IMG/VR virus record: IMGVR_UViG_3300030444_000009
Length of the DNA stretch: 43,116 bases
Reading direction: 5' to 3' (one strand)
From: a virus
This document shows positions 41,858 through 43,116 of this stretch, one piece after another (positions within the stretch are counted from its first letter, which is position 1; each line of letters opens with the position of its first letter). The notes under the pieces are model-generated. The model was not told the DNA's origin and searched no databases. It worked only from the letters and a program-made list of their open reading frames with translations. Position numbers and translations under genes: made by a program.

Positions 41858-42341
41858 AAGTGAGAATGAAAAGCCTCCCCAGAATAAAAAAGCGCAGCTA
41901 GTCAGAGGGTGGTTTGAGCGCCTGCCCCGGATGCGGGAACAGATACAGCAGCAGGAAGAACGCATTGTAGATCTGCAGTGCATTGCTACCGCGACCACAT
42001 CTAACGTCTCATCTGCACCCGGACGTTCTGGAACCAGCGATAAGGTGGGAAATGGAAGCACTGCAATCGTTGAAGCAAAGGAAAAGCTCGCTGCACTCAA
42101 GTGCGAGTACGTAGAAATGCAGAAAGCGGCAATTGATACGGCATACCTGCTGAACGCTGACCAAGCGTCAATCCGCCGCAGCAAGTGCATCATCCTGTGC
42201 TATGTAGAGGGAAAGACGCGCGAGCAGGCCGCTGCTGAGGTGGGCTTTGCACAGGCACATACGGCATCCAGAGCAATTACAGCCGGGTTTGAAGCCCTTG
42301 CGGAGATCTGGGAAGCAACGCCTTTTTGCAATTTTGACTAA
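41835..42341 (+). CDS. Late-gene transcriptional regulator, sigma-70 region-4-like (DUF1492/ArpU-like position)
   Basis: C-terminal SKCIILCYVEGKTREQAAAEVGFAQAHTASRAITAGFEAL HTH. Last gene before the tRNA cluster and terminase. Confidence 0.55.
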   Translation: MARRWTPESENEKPPQNKKAQLVRGWFERLPRMREQIQQQEERIVDLQCIATATTSNVSSAPGRSGTSDKVGNGSTAIVEAKEKLAALKCEYVEMQKAAIDTAYLLNADQASIRRSKCIILCYVEGKTREQAAAEVGFAQAHTASRAITAGFEALAEIWEATPFCNFD

Positions 42342-42540
42342 AGCGCATAAAAATCACGCATTTTTTTGTATTGCTTCGGGTATGTATGCGGTATGTACAG
42401 ACACCATGAAAAAGTGATTCAATAATATCATCGGCAAAGCCGTAAAGGCAAACCGATCTGCGCAGTCTCCGAAACGAATCCCCCTCCTCCCAAGGCTTGA
42501 CATGCATTTTTCTTCCTCTCGTTTCGCGGGCTGCTTCTAT

Positions 42541-42677
42541 GCCGTTATAGCTCAACTGGCAGAGCGCCGCCCATTTAAGGCGGGACAACGCTGGTGACAC
42601 ATCTCGGACATCACTGCGCACTTAACCAATGCGCATATACAGACTTGATGGTGCCGGTTCGAATCCGGTTAACGGCT
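42541..42677 (+). tRNA. tRNA-like gene with canonical acceptor, D and T arms but a 69-nt insertion at the variable-region position and an atypical anticodon loop CATTTAA
   Basis: GCCGTTA/TAACGGC (7/7); D arm GCTC-AACTGGCA-GAGC; CCGCC-CATTTAA-GGCGG; insert 42584-42652; T arm GCCGG-TTCGAAT-CCGGT. Confidence 0.5.
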
Positions 42678-42886
42678 CCGACACGCTGCTCTCCCGAAGC
42701 AGCGACCACCTGACGCATGGGCTGACATCCCGATTGTGGCTGCGTGTAGAGTGGCAGGGTATCCTTACCTGTCCTCACAACCTCCGCACGCACCGGAGGC
42801 CACATAATCCGTACACCGGTTTCCATAAACCCCCGGCAGGATGTGCGTCAACAGAACCAGCATGGAAACGTGCTGGTTTTTCTTTT
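42678..42886 (+). ncRNA. Structured non-coding transcript segment between tRNA-like genes, ending in a strong terminator
   Basis: Hairpins at 42684-42704 (7-bp stem, loop CTCCCGA), about 42753-42773 (GGCAGG/CCTGTC) and 42781-42799 (CCTCCG-CACGCAC-CGGAGG). No plausible ORF. Confidence 0.35.
42855..42886 (+). terminator. Rho-independent terminator
   Basis: AACCAGCA-TGGAAACG-TGCTGGTT then TTTCTTTT. Confidence 0.8.
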
Positions 42887-42893
42887 GTTATAT

Positions 42894-42962
42894 GCCGCCT
42901 GAGCGCAGTTTGGAGCGCGGCGTGTGTGTGTAGACACGGCTGGTTCGATTCCAAGGGCGGCT
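42894..42962 (+). pseudogene. Degenerate tRNA-like element
   Basis: Acceptor GCCGCCT/GGGCGGC, D arm GCGC-AGTTTGGA-GCGC, stem CGTGT/ACACG with 8-nt loop GTGTGTAG inside a (GT)5 run, T-loop TTCGATT with only a 3-4 bp stem, 1-nt variable region. Confidence 0.35.
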
Positions 42963-42968
42963 TTTTAT

Positions 42969-43044
42969 ATTCCCGTAGTTCAAGTGATGGAACAGCGGTC
43001 TCCAAAACCGCAGGCTGCAGGTTTGAGCCCTGCCGGGAATGCCA
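42969..43044 (+). tRNA. tRNA-Trp (CCA anticodon), CCA end encoded
   Basis: Acceptor ATTCCCG/CGGGAAT; D arm GTTC-AAGTGATG-GAAC; anticodon arm GCGGT-CTCCAAA-ACCGC; variable AGGCT; T arm GCAGG-TTTGAGC-CCTGC; discriminator G; CCA. Confidence 0.85.
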
Positions 43045-43116
43045 TTTGCGTGCCCTGTGAGGGGGCTGCGCAGATAGCCGGGCATCTGGCGGCGAAAGTT
43101 CCGGATGCAGCGGCGC
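43018..43116. repeat. Terminal overlap identical to 1-99
   Basis: 99/99 identity. Confidence 0.95.

Noticed and set aside
42497-42540. TTGACA at 42497-42502 as the promoter of the tRNA cluster
   Set aside because: No acceptable -10 hexamer lies 16-19 nt downstream (CGTTTC). The alternative -10, TTCTAT at 42535, lacks a -35. It is left unannotated.
42572-42578. Possibility that the CATTTAA loop marks a TTA (ochre) suppressor tRNA and stop-codon recoding
   Set aside because: With the only stable stem (CCGCC/GGCGG), positions 34-36 are TTT, not TTA. All phage genes read as intact ORFs with ordinary TAA/TGA/TAG stops in the standard code, so there is no sign of recoding.

Overview
The window is one complete, circularly closed copy of a temperate siphovirus-type phage genome of about 43.0 kb. 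Bases 1-99 are identical to 43018-43116, giving a unit length of 43,017 bp. It is GC-rich, with AGGAGG-type ribosome-binding sites and many ATGA/TAATG coupled gene junctions (Firmicutes style; the host is not provable from sequence).

Layout:
- tRNA/structured-RNA cluster spanning the junction (42541-43044, continuing into 1-192)
- packaging and head module (218-9582: terS, terL, portal, MuF-like, scaffold, capsid, connectors, plus an internal tRNA-Met)
- tail module (9596-18197: major tail, G/GT chaperone with a T-TTT-TTG slippery site, tape measure, tail/baseplate proteins, fibre)
- a complete diversity-generating retroelement (target VR 18052-18175, Avd 18242-18652, TR 18675-18798, RT 18955-20019)
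- lysis (20336-21724: GH25 endolysin, holin-like proteins)
- an accessory region (21735-26430) holding a split sigma-like gene, a minus-strand two-gene cassette and a seven-gene island of low-complexity or uncharacterised proteins
- attP with a tRNA 3' fragment, next to a tyrosine integrase (26560-27934)
- two XRE repressor/Cro-type switches separated by an AT-rich moron island (28102-31744)
- early and replication genes (31759-42341: Rha/KilAC antirepressor, RecT-like, SSB, a DUF7666-like protein with a 17 x 15-bp repeat, DnaD-like organiser with an internal ori-like repeat block, G39P-like loader, RecU-like resolvase, late sigma-like regulator)

Strongest finding: the DGR, where 18 of 19 VR/TR mismatches fall on TR adenines. 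Most unusual: a tRNA gene with canonical acceptor, D and T arms but a 69-nt insertion and an anticodon loop lacking U33, followed by about 200 nt of structured, terminator-bounded RNA and a degenerate tRNA-like element. All functional calls come from reading motifs in the translated ORFs; no database search was possible.
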